In this document: positions 27,929 to 38,594 of the stretch, piece after piece
Layout: every line of letters begins with the position of its first letter
How positions within the stretch are numbered: the stretch's first letter is position 1
Source: Candidatus Poribacteria bacterium
GTDB lineage: Bacteria; Poribacteria; WGA-4E; UBA9662
Direction of reading: 5' to 3'
DNA length: 64,000 nt
Assembly (NCBI GenBank): GCA_036339735.1
Contig: JAYZAL010000077.1
Coordinates: 32,001 to 96,000 of the forward strand
Notes under the pieces: generated by a model
What the model saw: only the letters and a program-made list of their open reading frames with translations
Database searches by the model: none
Told to the model about the DNA's origin: nothing
Program-made: the position numbers and the translations under genes

Positions 27929-29566
27929 ATGAAAGGTGTTGATGTTGTTGCGCATATTCTCAAAGAAGAAAAAGTAGATTATCTTTTTTGTTTCCCGGCT
28001 AATAAACTTATAGACTCGGCTGCCAAAGTCGGTATTCGACCAATTATGACGCGTACTGAACGAACATTAGTCAACATGGCTGATGGATTTAGCCGTATTT
28101 CTAATGGAAATCAGATCGGTGTAGCTGTTGTTCAGTCTGGTCCTGGAAGCGAGAATGCTTTTGCAGGTGTAGCACAGGCATTCGCTGACTCAATTCCGAT
28201 TTTGATGTTGCCAGGTGGTGTAAGCCGAAGATCAGGTGACATTCCCACTCATTTTTCATCCGTCAAAAACTACGCTCATGTTACTAAGTGGGTAGCTCAA
28301 GCTAACTTCGCTGATCGCTTACCTAATATGCTAAGAAGAGCGTATAGCTTATTACGATCGGGCCACCCAGCTCCGGTTATGATCGAAATACCAACCGATG
28401 TTGGCGAAGAGGACGTCTCTGATTATGCCTATACTCCACCCAAACCGATTAAATCTATAGCTGATCCTGTTAATGTCAAGAACGCCGTAGATTCTCTACT
28501 AATGGCAAAAAGACCTATACTATTTATCGGTCAAGGCTCTTTATTCGCTGAGGCATCATCTAGCTTAATCAGATTGGCTGAAATGCTTCAAATTCCAGTG
28601 ATGACTACCATGGGTGGGAAAGGGGCGTTTCCTGAAAATCATCCGCTATCGGTTGGTGCTAGTGGCCTGACTGGTTCTAGGGTAGTCAAGCACTTTCTAT
28701 CGAAAGCTGACTTGATATTAGGTGTCGGATCTAGTATGTCCAAGAATACCTTTGCTCCACAAGTGCCATCCAATATACCAATTATTCACAATACAGCTTC
28801 CGAAACTGATATTAATAAAGATTGTGTGGCGACAGTTGCTTTACTCGGTGATGCTCGATTGGTGACCGATCAACTGATCGATGAGATTGTATCTCGAATC
28901 GGCGTAGATGGTAGAGCTGAAAATGTTACCCTACTACAAGAGATCGCTGAAGTCAAAGCTGATTGGCTCTCAGAATGGATGCCTAGATTAACTTCAAATG
29001 AAATTCCGATCAACCCATATCGCGTTATCTGGGATTTGCAAAAGGCAATTGATCGAACCAATGCGATTGTGACACATGATTCTGGTAATCCACGAGACCA
29101 AATGGTTCCCTTCTACGAGACATTAATCCCCAATGGTTATATTGGTTGGGGAAAATCTACACAGTTAGGTTATTCTCTCGGTCTGATGATGGGAGCCAAG
29201 CTAGCAGCCCCTGATCGTCTAGCAATTAATGTAATGGGTGATGCAGCTTTTGGTATGTCAGGCCTAGATTTGGAAACTGCGGTTCGCGAAAAAATACCAA
29301 TTTTAACGATTGTCCTCAATAATTCAGCACTTGGCGGATATGAAAAACATATGCCAATTGCAACTGAGCGTTATAGGACTAAATTTTTAACTGGAGATTA
29401 CACTAAAATAGCTGAAGGTTTAGGTGTTTACAGTCAAAGGGTAGAGAAACCGGAGAGTATCATTTCCTCGATTCAGCAAGCATGTGAAATCATGAAACAA
29501 GAGCAGAGACCCGCTTTGATCGAATTCATTACTTGTGAGGATGCCGTTTTTTCCTACGGTCATTAG
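27929..29566 (+). CDS. Thiamine pyrophosphate-requiring enzyme (acetolactate synthase-like family)
   Basis: MADGFSR, QSGPG, TPP motif GDAAFGM...LNN. Confidence 0.9.
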   Translation: MKGVDVVAHILKEEKVDYLFCFPANKLIDSAAKVGIRPIMTRTERTLVNMADGFSRISNGNQIGVAVVQSGPGSENAFAGVAQAFADSIPILMLPGGVSRRSGDIPTHFSSVKNYAHVTKWVAQANFADRLPNMLRRAYSLLRSGHPAPVMIEIPTDVGEEDVSDYAYTPPKPIKSIADPVNVKNAVDSLLMAKRPILFIGQGSLFAEASSSLIRLAEMLQIPVMTTMGGKGAFPENHPLSVGASGLTGSRVVKHFLSKADLILGVGSSMSKNTFAPQVPSNIPIIHNTASETDINKDCVATVALLGDARLVTDQLIDEIVSRIGVDGRAENVTLLQEIAEVKADWLSEWMPRLTSNEIPINPYRVIWDLQKAIDRTNAIVTHDSGNPRDQMVPFYETLIPNGYIGWGKSTQLGYSLGLMMGAKLAAPDRLAINVMGDAAFGMSGLDLETAVREKIPILTIVLNNSALGGYEKHMPIATERYRTKFLTGDYTKIAEGLGVYSQRVEKPESIISSIQQACEIMKQEQRPALIEFITCEDAVFSYGH

Positions 29567-29573
29567 AGCAAAG

Positions 29574-30368
29574 ATGAGCCTGAAAAAAACAATATCGTCT
29601 GCAAAGCCAAAAATTTTGATAACGGGTGCTGCTGGTAGGATTGGTTCTACTCTCCGCTCAGCTTGGGTAAGTGAAGGTCGGTACGACCTAACCTTGTTGG
29701 ATTTAAACAAAATCGACTCAGAAATTATACAAGCGGATATTCGGCAGGCTGACCAGATGAAGATAGTTTGTCAGAACCAAGACGTTTTGGTTCACTTAGC
29801 CAATATTCGTTACCAAGACATTCTAGAAGATCCAGCTCAAATGACAGATATTACCGCTTCTATGCTATTGTTTGAGACTGCTAGACAAGCAGGAATAAGT
29901 AAGATAATTTATGCAAGTACCAATCACGTTACTGGTTGGAACGAAAAATTGGCACAACCATCAGATGGCAGTTGGACTGGAGTTCCACCTGTGGTTTCTA
30001 CTGCTGATCAATTTCGACCTGACGGTTGGTATGGTGCAATGAAGGGTATGGCGGAGTTAGCTGGCCGCTATCTAGTTGATGCGTACCAAATACAGTTTAC
30101 CAGCCTTCGAATTGGTAGTTTTAATGGAACTAGTCAGCCAAAGAACATCCGGCATTGTTCAACTTTATTGACCCCCCGTGATTGTGTCCAGTTGTTTACT
30201 CTAGCTGTCGATTACGATGGACCTGTAAAATACATAGTTACCTATGGAACCTCGGGTAATACGGATGGTTATCAAGTCGGTTTTATGGACATTAGGCCAG
30301 CTGTGGAAATTCTTGGTTATCGTCCTCAAGACAACCTGATAAAAACCCATCGTCATTTGTTTGATTAA
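29574..30368 (+). CDS. NAD-dependent epimerase/dehydratase (uronate dehydrogenase-like)
   Basis: ITGAAGRIG, ASTNHVTG, RPDGWYGAMK, LRIGS. Start re-assigned to ATG 29574. Confidence 0.82.
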   Translation: MSLKKTISSAKPKILITGAAGRIGSTLRSAWVSEGRYDLTLLDLNKIDSEIIQADIRQADQMKIVCQNQDVLVHLANIRYQDILEDPAQMTDITASMLLFETARQAGISKIIYASTNHVTGWNEKLAQPSDGSWTGVPPVVSTADQFRPDGWYGAMKGMAELAGRYLVDAYQIQFTSLRIGSFNGTSQPKNIRHCSTLLTPRDCVQLFTLAVDYDGPVKYIVTYGTSGNTDGYQVGFMDIRPAVEILGYRPQDNLIKTHRHLFD

Positions 30369-30748
30369 TTTGATTTCCTAAGACTGTAGGCGTATCTCCC
30401 TATACCTAGATTTAGAGTAGGTATGGCCTCTTGGGATTACTAAGTTCTGAGGTGGAGTTTTTCCGACTTCACAGTGTCAGATACTGGTTCGACTGGTATG
30501 AAATAATAACATTTCAATTAATCTGACAGGTCAACTCCAAAAGACGTCTGCACCTTAAATTGTCTGATTTTTGAACAACTGTCGTCATATAAAATTAGAT
30601 GGCATGTCTAACTCCTTTGTTAAAATAACAAAAAATTGCCAGCGTAAGACTTCCTATGCTTACTTCTTGGTTAGATTAATTGATCGTAGTATGATGGGCC
30701 TCTGACCCTTTGGAACCTTTTCTCTAGAGAAAAAAGGACTCTGATGTA

Positions 30749-31858
30749 GTGCAAAAAGAAATTTCTCCGCAAATTAACAATCGCCCTGAGGTAACAGCTA
30801 ACTATACTCTACCTACAATAGATTTAGCTGGCCAGATTCACCGACAAACTATTGTAGACCGAGAGAATGGTCAATACTTAGGCCACGTATCTACCATTTT
30901 ACTAGCGGACCAGCAAACTATCATTGGAGTTTACCCCAAAGGCCATGGGGGAGGGGCCATCGTGATGAAAAAAAGTTTTGATGGTGGGATAACATGGACA
31001 GACAGACTGAAAGTACCAGAAAATTGGAAGACCTCTAAGGAAGTACCAACCTTACATCGTGTAACGGATAAGTGGGGCGTTGAGAGAATTATTATGTTTT
31101 CTGGCCTCTATCCAATTCGAATGGCAATATCCGAAGATAACGGTTTAAGTTGGAGTAAACTAGAACCGATTGGCAAATACGGTGGTATTGTGGCAATGAG
31201 TGATGTCATCCGCCTCAAAAACGGGAATTACATGGCTTTTTTTCATGATGATGGGCGGTTTCTCAATCTGACAAGCAAAAAGTCCTATCCTTGTTTCGAA
31301 GTTTTTCAAACGATTTCAGCCGACGGCGGTTTAACTTGGGGACAACCAACAGTAGTTACACATCATTCATCTGCACACCTCTGCGAACCGGGGTTAGTTC
31401 GATCTCCAGATGGCAATCAGCTAGCGATGTTATTAAGAGAAAACAGCCGTCAATTTAATTCGTTTGTGACATTTTCTGATGACGAAGGCCAAAGTTGGTC
31501 TACACCAGTTGAACTCCCTGCTTCTTTAACTGGCGATCGGCATACTTGTCGTTACACGTCAGATGGGCGTTTAGTAGTAGTGTTTCGCGATACGACTCGC
31601 CAAAGCCCAACTAGAGGGGACTGGGTAGCTTGGATCGGGTATTATCAAAATATTGCTGATGGAAGTCAAGGACAGTATCGAGTACGGTTGATGAAAAATA
31701 ACAAAGGGGACGACTGCTGTTACCCTGGAGTTGAAGTGCTGCCGGATGACACAGTAGTTTCTACAACGTACGGGCACTGGATAGCGGATGAATCACCTTT
31801 CATTGTCAGTGTTCGGTTCAAATTATCCGAAATTGACCAATTAGCTAGTCATAACTAA
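30749..31858 (+). CDS. BNR/Asp-box sialidase-family protein
   Basis: Asp boxes SFDGGITW, SEDNGLSW, SADGGLTW and SDDEGQSW. Confidence 0.88.
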   Translation: MQKEISPQINNRPEVTANYTLPTIDLAGQIHRQTIVDRENGQYLGHVSTILLADQQTIIGVYPKGHGGGAIVMKKSFDGGITWTDRLKVPENWKTSKEVPTLHRVTDKWGVERIIMFSGLYPIRMAISEDNGLSWSKLEPIGKYGGIVAMSDVIRLKNGNYMAFFHDDGRFLNLTSKKSYPCFEVFQTISADGGLTWGQPTVVTHHSSAHLCEPGLVRSPDGNQLAMLLRENSRQFNSFVTFSDDEGQSWSTPVELPASLTGDRHTCRYTSDGRLVVVFRDTTRQSPTRGDWVAWIGYYQNIADGSQGQYRVRLMKNNKGDDCCYPGVEVLPDDTVVSTTYGHWIADESPFIVSVRFKLSEIDQLASHN

Positions 31859-31873
31859 GCAGACTTTCGACAA

Positions 31874-34800
31874 TTGAGCGGTTTCCCAAAGCTAAGTCCA
31901 TTTTTAGAGCGTGCCGGCTTAAAACATTCAGACGTTTTTTTTAAGAGCGATGATGGTAATTTCGCTTGTTGGGTTGAACATGTTGATGGCCTAATTTTCA
32001 GACATTATTTCGAGGGTATTCATAATATTGATAGTGGTCATCCTCACTTTCTGATTATTGAAAAATTACTATCGGTACTTGAACAGCAATACCCAAAGCA
32101 AAAGTGTCATTTCGTTTTGGATCTGACCAATTGGAATGGAGCTTTTGCCAACCCATATAAATTCGATCTCAGAAGACACCGTCAGTGGCTAAATCGTAAC
32201 TACGGTTCTGTAGCGATTATCAATGCTCCACTATTGACAAAATTGAACATTCGACTTCTAAAAACAGCTTGTCCTGGCCTAAAGTTTAGCTTTCATAAAA
32301 GTGACCAAGAAGCTCTTTGCTACTTTAAAGATACTACACTGCAATTTGAATCAGATTGCTCACCAGACAGGAGTGATACTGATCCAACAAAACTTACCCA
32401 CGGATCACCTCAGAAACAACAGCTCAACGGAGATTCATTTCTGGCTAGTATTGGTATAAGAAACGGTGAATTACATTTTGAAATGCCTGATAGAAGCCAT
32501 TGTTTTGGCATAGAACACATTGAGGGTTTTATCTTTCGCCACTATTCTTCAGGGGCTGCACAAAATCAGGACGCTGATACTCCCTATTTAGAACAGTTTG
32601 AACGGTTATTAGATCAGATGGATTTACACTATCCAGATCAGGATTGCCACTTTATCTATGATATGACCGGTTGGAAAGGAGTTAGCTCAAAATCACGAAA
32701 GGTTGGAATGAAGAAACATGGTGAATGGCTTGATCGAAATTATGGATCAGTAGCATTGGTCAATGCTCCATTTATGGCGCGTGTTTTTGCCAGGTTAGCG
32801 GCCTCTTTTCAACCGAATTTACAGGTTAGTTTTCATACTTCTCAAACGTCTGCTCTTTCTCACTTGCGTAAGTATTCTGAACAAATACCAAATCTGGCCT
32901 CCTCTTTAGAGTTGGGTGGCTCTTACCAACCAAATTGGCAACAAGAGTTAGGGGTAGAACAAGATCACCAGACAACTTCATCCTCCAACTTATTCGATCA
33001 AAGATCCTCGGATCAAATAAGATTAAATTTTCATTCAGCCACAAAAGAGGCTCTCGTCTCTCAAGTGCAAGACTTGACACGCCAACTCGAACTTAATCGG
33101 CATCATTTAGCACATCTTTTTTTTGCTATGGGGCAGATTTCGTGGGATGAAGATTATATCTTTGAACAACCTGATCTACCAAATAATAGTCCGTTCAAAG
33201 ATCTTTTCAATGCATTACAACTTATGCATCATGATATTCGGTCTTTATTAGCGGAACGAGACGAACAAAATGACACCTTATTAGCTTACCGTGACCAGTT
33301 GGAAGAGCGTGTTCAGAAAAGAACCAAAGAACTGTTCCTGGCTAAAGAATCAGCAGAAGTAGCAACCCAAGCAAAAAGTCAGTTTTTAGCTAATATGAGT
33401 CACGAAATTCGAACACCAATAAATACAATTACTGGTATGACCCGTTTGTTAAGACGAATGGATTTATCGCCTCGACAAAGAGATTATGCTGATACGATAC
33501 AAGGAGCTGCTAATGGTTTACTCACCATTATCAATGATATTCTGGATTTTTCTAAAGTTGAAGCTGGAAAATTGAACCTAGAGGTGGTCAACTTCGATCT
33601 ATATCGACTAACTGAAGATGTTGTTCGGTTGCTCCAACCACAAGCAGAAGAGAAATTGATTCAATTGACCTTTGACATCAGTCAGAATGTACCACGTTAT
33701 TTAAAAGGCGACCCGATTCGTATTCGGCAAATTTTATTAAATTTAGTCGATAATGCGGTTAAGTTCACTTGGGAAGGAAATGTGAGATTACTGATTCAGC
33801 AAGGATCACTAAGTACAAATACTAATGACGTAGAGATCATTAGGTTTGAGGTACACGACACGGGTATTGGTATTTCCGAAAACAAACAGAATCAATTGTT
33901 CGATAGCTTTTTTCAAGTCGATACCGGGCTGACACGCCAGAATAGCGGTACAGGTCTGGGGTTGACAATTTGCAAGCAATTAGTTGATATGATGAAGGGT
34001 GAAATTGGATTAGAGAGTATACAAAAAGAAGGCTCAATTTTTTGGTTTACAATTCCTCTTATCATAGGTGAATGTAGTCAAATTGATGAGATCCACCAGA
34101 GCCAACTAGCTAAACTTCCAAAATTTGAGGGGAAAAGTATACTTTTAGTCGAAGACAATTTTACCAATCAGAAAGTTGCTCTAGAGTATTTATCATTGAT
34201 GCAGGTTACGGTTGATACGGCTTCAAACGGAAAAGTAGCAGTTGAAATGGTAACGAAATACGATTATGATTTAATTCTAATGGATTGCCGTATGCCGGTT
34301 ATGAACGGTCTGGAAGCTACCCAGAAAATCCGGAAACTAGATAAAAAAAATAGGGTGCCAATTATTGCTATGACTGCTAGTATTTTGGATGATGCTCGTC
34401 AGGAATGCTTAGCTGCCGGTATGGACGATTATTTGCCTAAGCCATTTCAGGAGGAAGAACTGATTTTAACTCTCAACCGATGGCTGTACGATAAAGATAA
34501 ACAATTAGTCACCGCAAGAGAAAATGGGAATTTATCAGTCAGACCATTGGTTGCCAAATCTAATTTAATTGACCTCAGCTTGATCAAAGGATATTGTGTC
34601 GGAAATCCAACGTTCATAGTTGACATGTTGGAAACCTACCTTAGTCATATTCCTCAAGAGATCCAGAAGCTACAAACAGCATGGTTCAAAAAGGACGACG
34701 AATTGGCTGGCGTTCATGCTCACTCTATCGGTGGTTCCTCCACAATGCTAGGAGCGAGTATTTTATCCGGTCTGGCCCATCAAATTGAACAAGACATCAA

Positions 34801-34906
34801 AGAAAAGAAATGGGCTTTGGTAAAACCTAAACTGGAAGAGTTAAAATCAGCATGGTCCGACTTGGCATCAGAAATAGAAGATCTACTAAAGTCCTCAGAT
34901 TTTTGA
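31874..34906 (+). CDS. Hybrid histidine kinase (two Sec14/STAS-like input domains-HisKA-HATPase-REC-Hpt)
   Basis: [35 protein letters not shown], Hpt AHSIGG. Two ~150-aa N-terminal repeats. Confidence 0.92.
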   Translation: MSGFPKLSPFLERAGLKHSDVFFKSDDGNFACWVEHVDGLIFRHYFEGIHNIDSGHPHFLIIEKLLSVLEQQYPKQKCHFVLDLTNWNGAFANPYKFDLRRHRQWLNRNYGSVAIINAPLLTKLNIRLLKTACPGLKFSFHKSDQEALCYFKDTTLQFESDCSPDRSDTDPTKLTHGSPQKQQLNGDSFLASIGIRNGELHFEMPDRSHCFGIEHIEGFIFRHYSSGAAQNQDADTPYLEQFERLLDQMDLHYPDQDCHFIYDMTGWKGVSSKSRKVGMKKHGEWLDRNYGSVALVNAPFMARVFARLAASFQPNLQVSFHTSQTSALSHLRKYSEQIPNLASSLELGGSYQPNWQQELGVEQDHQTTSSSNLFDQRSSDQIRLNFHSATKEALVSQVQDLTRQLELNRHHLAHLFFAMGQISWDEDYIFEQPDLPNNSPFKDLFNALQLMHHDIRSLLAERDEQNDTLLAYRDQLEERVQKRTKELFLAKESAEVATQAKSQFLANMSHEIRTPINTITGMTRLLRRMDLSPRQRDYADTIQGAANGLLTIINDILDFSKVEAGKLNLEVVNFDLYRLTEDVVRLLQPQAEEKLIQLTFDISQNVPRYLKGDPIRIRQILLNLVDNAVKFTWEGNVRLLIQQGSLSTNTNDVEIIRFEVHDTGIGISENKQNQLFDSFFQVDTGLTRQNSGTGLGLTICKQLVDMMKGEIGLESIQKEGSIFWFTIPLIIGECSQIDEIHQSQLAKLPKFEGKSILLVEDNFTNQKVALEYLSLMQVTVDTASNGKVAVEMVTKYDYDLILMDCRMPVMNGLEATQKIRKLDKKNRVPIIAMTASILDDARQECLAAGMDDYLPKPFQEEELILTLNRWLYDKDKQLVTARENGNLSVRPLVAKSNLIDLSLIKGYCVGNPTFIVDMLETYLSHIPQEIQKLQTAWFKKDDELAGVHAHSIGGSSTMLGASILSGLAHQIEQDIKEKKWALVKPKLEELKSAWSDLASEIEDLLKSSDF

Positions 34907-35106
34907 ACTTAATGGACTGTATATAGGCTATCACTTCCCATTTTGGTTTTTGAATCTTCATTCTCTTCTTGAATGTCGCACAAGAACACCTATTTCTGAT
35001 CAATCAAGTGTTCTAATTATTAGAAACTCGATCATAATCTTTTTGGACTCGTCTTTTGAAGACATATCCTTATTTTGTCCACAGACACAAAAGGATAATA
35101 GAAAGA

Positions 35107-36741
35107 TCAATAGTGCCGCCACTTTTGATCGTGATAATAGTACTGTAAAATTGGTCGAGTCAGGGTATTGGGTTTTGTGTTAATTGGACTGATATCCTTG
35201 CCGAATTGGAACATAGATGCTGCAACAGTCGGAGTTAAAAATTCGGTTGGTACAGTTAAGGTAATATCTTCGATGACTAGGTGGGATTTTGCTGACAAGT
35301 TAAATCCCCAGTCTCCCATTGATGGAACGTCTACGTGGTACGCATAGGTATGCAAATTTGCTTTCTGCATTGTGTGGTGAATACACCAAAAAGCATACCG
35401 AGAGAAAAAGGGCGAAGTGCTTTGGCTGACCAAAATCCCACCATCAGTCAACTTTTTCTCTAACAATACATAAAAAGTCACGCTGTATAATTTTGACAAA
35501 GAAGCATAGTTTGGATCCGGGAGATCAATAATTGCCACATCATAAGATCGATCGAATGCCAACCGCTCAACATATTGATAAGCATCTTGATTCAATATCT
35601 TCACTCTTTTATCGGACAAAGAACCTTGGTTAAGGCTAACGATTTCTGGGTGTTTAGCACATAATTCGGTGATTTCGGGATCAATATCGATTAGTGTCAC
35701 GTGCTCAACTGATGGATACTTCAATACTTCTCGCAAAGCTAATCCATCTCCACCACCTAAAATTAAAACCCGTTTTTGGTTTTTGGCTAAACCCATAGCG
35801 GGATGCACTAATGCTTCGTGGTATCGATACTCGTCGACCGAGCTAAATTGGAGGTTTCCATCAATAAATAACCTTACGTCATTTCGTCGTTTTTGCACGG
35901 AGATTTTAGGTGGCTTTGGCTCAATGGATCCAGGCTCTTCTACTTTGGTTTTCTGGTGTTCCGATGAGTTAGTGAATGGTTTCGTTAAAACGATTTTTTG
36001 GTAAGGACTTTGTTCAGATAGAATGATAGTATGTCGGTACAACTGATCTTCTAACCACTTTTCAATTTGGGGGGATAGGTAAGCAGATACGAATAAACCA
36101 ATACCAATTAAGGCTAACATTGCCCCCCATAATAATAATCTCTCAATCTCTGACCGATAGTTTATCAGTGTTACCATTGCAACTAGGATATTAAGTAACG
36201 CTACAATAAAGTTAGTTTGAATAATCCCTGTATATTTTAAGAGAATAAGGGGAAAAGCAATTGAGCCTATTAGAGACCCCCCGTAATCAAAAGCCAGTAC
36301 ATTAGCTACGGTCACTCTTAAGTTATCTTTTTGTTCAATAATTCGCATCAGAATAGGAATTTCTAGCCCTACCATTCCACCAATCATAATGCTAATTATG
36401 ATCATTACTATCAAATAGGCTTCTACTGACTCGAATGCAAGATAGGCCATAAACAGAGATACGGTCGAAATCCCACCTATTAAACCAATCAAGATTTCAA
36501 TTTGAATAAACCGTGTAATTAAAGAATGGTTAAAGTACTTAGACAGGAAAGACCCAAAGCCCATGGAACTCATGAAAAGACCGACGGTAATCGAGAACTG
36601 GTGAATGCTATTTCCGAGTAAATAGGATGATAGGGTTGCGATGACCAGTTCATAGACGATTGCGCAAGCAGCAATCATGCAAACTGATATTAATAATAAG
36701 GAATCTGAAGGTCGTTTAAGTTTCGATAAATTCTCTGGCAT
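35107..36741 (-). CDS. speE: Polyamine aminopropyltransferase with N-terminal membrane domain
   Basis: About 7 TM helices, then LQFSSVDEYRYHEALVHP, LGGGDG, DLPDP. Confidence 0.9.
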   Translation of the reverse strand: MPENLSKLKRPSDSLLLISVCMIAACAIVYELVIATLSSYLLGNSIHQFSITVGLFMSSMGFGSFLSKYFNHSLITRFIQIEILIGLIGGISTVSLFMAYLAFESVEAYLIVMIIISIMIGGMVGLEIPILMRIIEQKDNLRVTVANVLAFDYGGSLIGSIAFPLILLKYTGIIQTNFIVALLNILVAMVTLINYRSEIERLLLWGAMLALIGIGLFVSAYLSPQIEKWLEDQLYRHTIILSEQSPYQKIVLTKPFTNSSEHQKTKVEEPGSIEPKPPKISVQKRRNDVRLFIDGNLQFSSVDEYRYHEALVHPAMGLAKNQKRVLILGGGDGLALREVLKYPSVEHVTLIDIDPEITELCAKHPEIVSLNQGSLSDKRVKILNQDAYQYVERLAFDRSYDVAIIDLPDPNYASLSKLYSVTFYVLLEKKLTDGGILVSQSTSPFFSRYAFWCIHHTMQKANLHTYAYHVDVPSMGDWGFNLSAKSHLVIEDITLTVPTEFLTPTVAASMFQFGKDISPINTKPNTLTRPILQYYYHDQKWRHY

Positions 36742-36806
36742 TGGTCAGGGTCAGAATCTTACATTGGTCGTACCAAAACTCAGATCGGAAAGCAAAAAAC
36801 ACAAAT

Positions 36807-38594
36807 TCAGCTAGTTTTTTGACTAAGATCACCAGCCCACAATTTCTGCATCTCAGAACTAGATTGCAATAAATCTTCTAAAGTACCCATTGCTTCGGCT
36901 TTTCCATCTTTCAGAACAAGGATTTTGTCAGCCCGCCGCAAGGCTGGTCGTCTGTGAGAAACAACCAAACAAGTAGCCGGCCGCTGATTTTTGTTTTTTG
37001 TATTAGCAAAGAGTCGCTCCCAGAGTTTTTGCTCTGTTTCGACATCTAAAGCCGAGGATAAGTCATCAAATATATAAAGCTCCGTTTGGCGCATGAACAT
37101 ACGAGCAGCTGCACTACGCTGCATTTGCCCACCCGACAGGATTACACCTCTAGGACCAACGATTGTATCCAATCCATTATGTAGGGTAGGCAAGTCATCT
37201 TCCATAACACCTAATTGGATTGCTCTTTCTATGTCTGGAAGAGAATCGGGCATTCCCATCAATATGTTATCTTTTAAGGATTCACTAAACAGGCGTGGAC
37301 TCTGAGGAGTATAGGCACATCGTGGTGGTATGAAAAAATCTTTGGGTTGAGTTATTACTTTTTGGTTCCAACTAATTTGACCAGCTTGAGTGGGTAGCAT
37401 TCCTAATAATGTTTTGAGCAGTGTGCTTTTGCCCGAACCAATTTGTCCTGTAATTACGGTAAAGGATCCGGCGGGTAGCTCCAAGTCTACATCTCTAATT
37501 CCATTAGATGTGTTTGGGTATTGATAGGTTAAACCTTGAATACTCAGCAGTTCTAGGCGATCTGAAGGCTTCAGTTTGGAAACAGAAATTGCTGGCAAAT
37601 CACCTGTGAGATAAATTGGTCCGTGCTCCACTAATTTGCTCGGAGTTAACTCCTCAGTGGTATTGACCATTCGTTCGAAGGACACCTCAGCTCGTTTATG
37701 TTGGGCTATCAGTGAGCCAATCAAAGAACCACTTCGTGCGACAGAACCAACATAGGATATGAAGAGGTAAAAATCACCCACTGAGAACGATGATGAACGC
37801 ATCTTTTCCACTACCAAGACTAGAATTACACCAGTAAAAACTTGGCCGATATTGATATTGATAGACCTTAGTAAAGTATCGAACATATTGTCGATGATAG
37901 TCGATTTTCGTCGAGCCTCGTTCAATTCGGCATACGCATCGATCACATCTTGCTCAGCATTGTTAACTTTAATCGCCAATATAGATTGAAAAACTTCATT
38001 AATAAAATTGGTTGACCGTTCCGTTGCTTCTCTTTGTCTCCGACGATACTTTCCAATAAAACGCCGCGTTACATTGACAATTGTCACGATCATAATACCC
38101 GGTAGTACTGTAGCTAACATAATTTTCAGGTCAATCTTTGCCATCCAGTAGACAGCTAGGCCAACAAAAATCATGTTTCCCCATAGATGTATGTATTGCT
38201 CAAGGTAAAAAACAATCGTACGAGCATCGTCTCGAATACGATTTGTTACTTCCCCCGAAGAACTAGCTACCTGTTGTGGGTTAGGTATCTCCAAAACGGC
38301 CTGTATCAAATTCTTTCGTAATAAGGTAAAAATCGAAAAAGCCCAACGAGTCCAAGGTAACATAGAAGATATTAAAATGCCTTGATTACCTAATTGGATG
38401 GCACAATAGAAGACAACGACAGTCCAAGCATTCAAACCTGTCCCACTGCTTTCTGATAACGCATCGAAAAATTGCTTCATCAATAAGCCAGTAATAAAAG
38501 GAACCAAGTCATCAATACCTCGAAGCAAAACGGTCAGTAAAAATAGCCCCGGTCGATATAAGAAAAGTTGCCAAGAAAGTTGTCTCGTGGTCAT
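36807..38594 (-). CDS. ABC exporter, fused permease/ATPase subunit
   Basis: TM domain, GQIGSGKS, LSGGQ, degenerate Walker B IFDD. Confidence 0.92.
   Translation of the reverse strand: MTTRQLSWQLFLYRPGLFLLTVLLRGIDDLVPFITGLLMKQFFDALSESSGTGLNAWTVVVFYCAIQLGNQGILISSMLPWTRWAFSIFTLLRKNLIQAVLEIPNPQQVASSSGEVTNRIRDDARTIVFYLEQYIHLWGNMIFVGLAVYWMAKIDLKIMLATVLPGIMIVTIVNVTRRFIGKYRRRQREATERSTNFINEVFQSILAIKVNNAEQDVIDAYAELNEARRKSTIIDNMFDTLLRSININIGQVFTGVILVLVVEKMRSSSFSVGDFYLFISYVGSVARSGSLIGSLIAQHKRAEVSFERMVNTTEELTPSKLVEHGPIYLTGDLPAISVSKLKPSDRLELLSIQGLTYQYPNTSNGIRDVDLELPAGSFTVITGQIGSGKSTLLKTLLGMLPTQAGQISWNQKVITQPKDFFIPPRCAYTPQSPRLFSESLKDNILMGMPDSLPDIERAIQLGVMEDDLPTLHNGLDTIVGPRGVILSGGQMQRSAAARMFMRQTELYIFDDLSSALDVETEQKLWERLFANTKNKNQRPATCLVVSHRRPALRRADKILVLKDGKAEAMGTLEDLLQSSSEMQKLWAGDLSQKTS

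Noticed and set aside
30695-30740. TPP-riboswitch-like string CTGACCCTTTGGAACCT near a TPP enzyme
   Set aside because: It lacks CTGAGA and the downstream GAT...GGGA elements, and lies downstream of the TPP gene.
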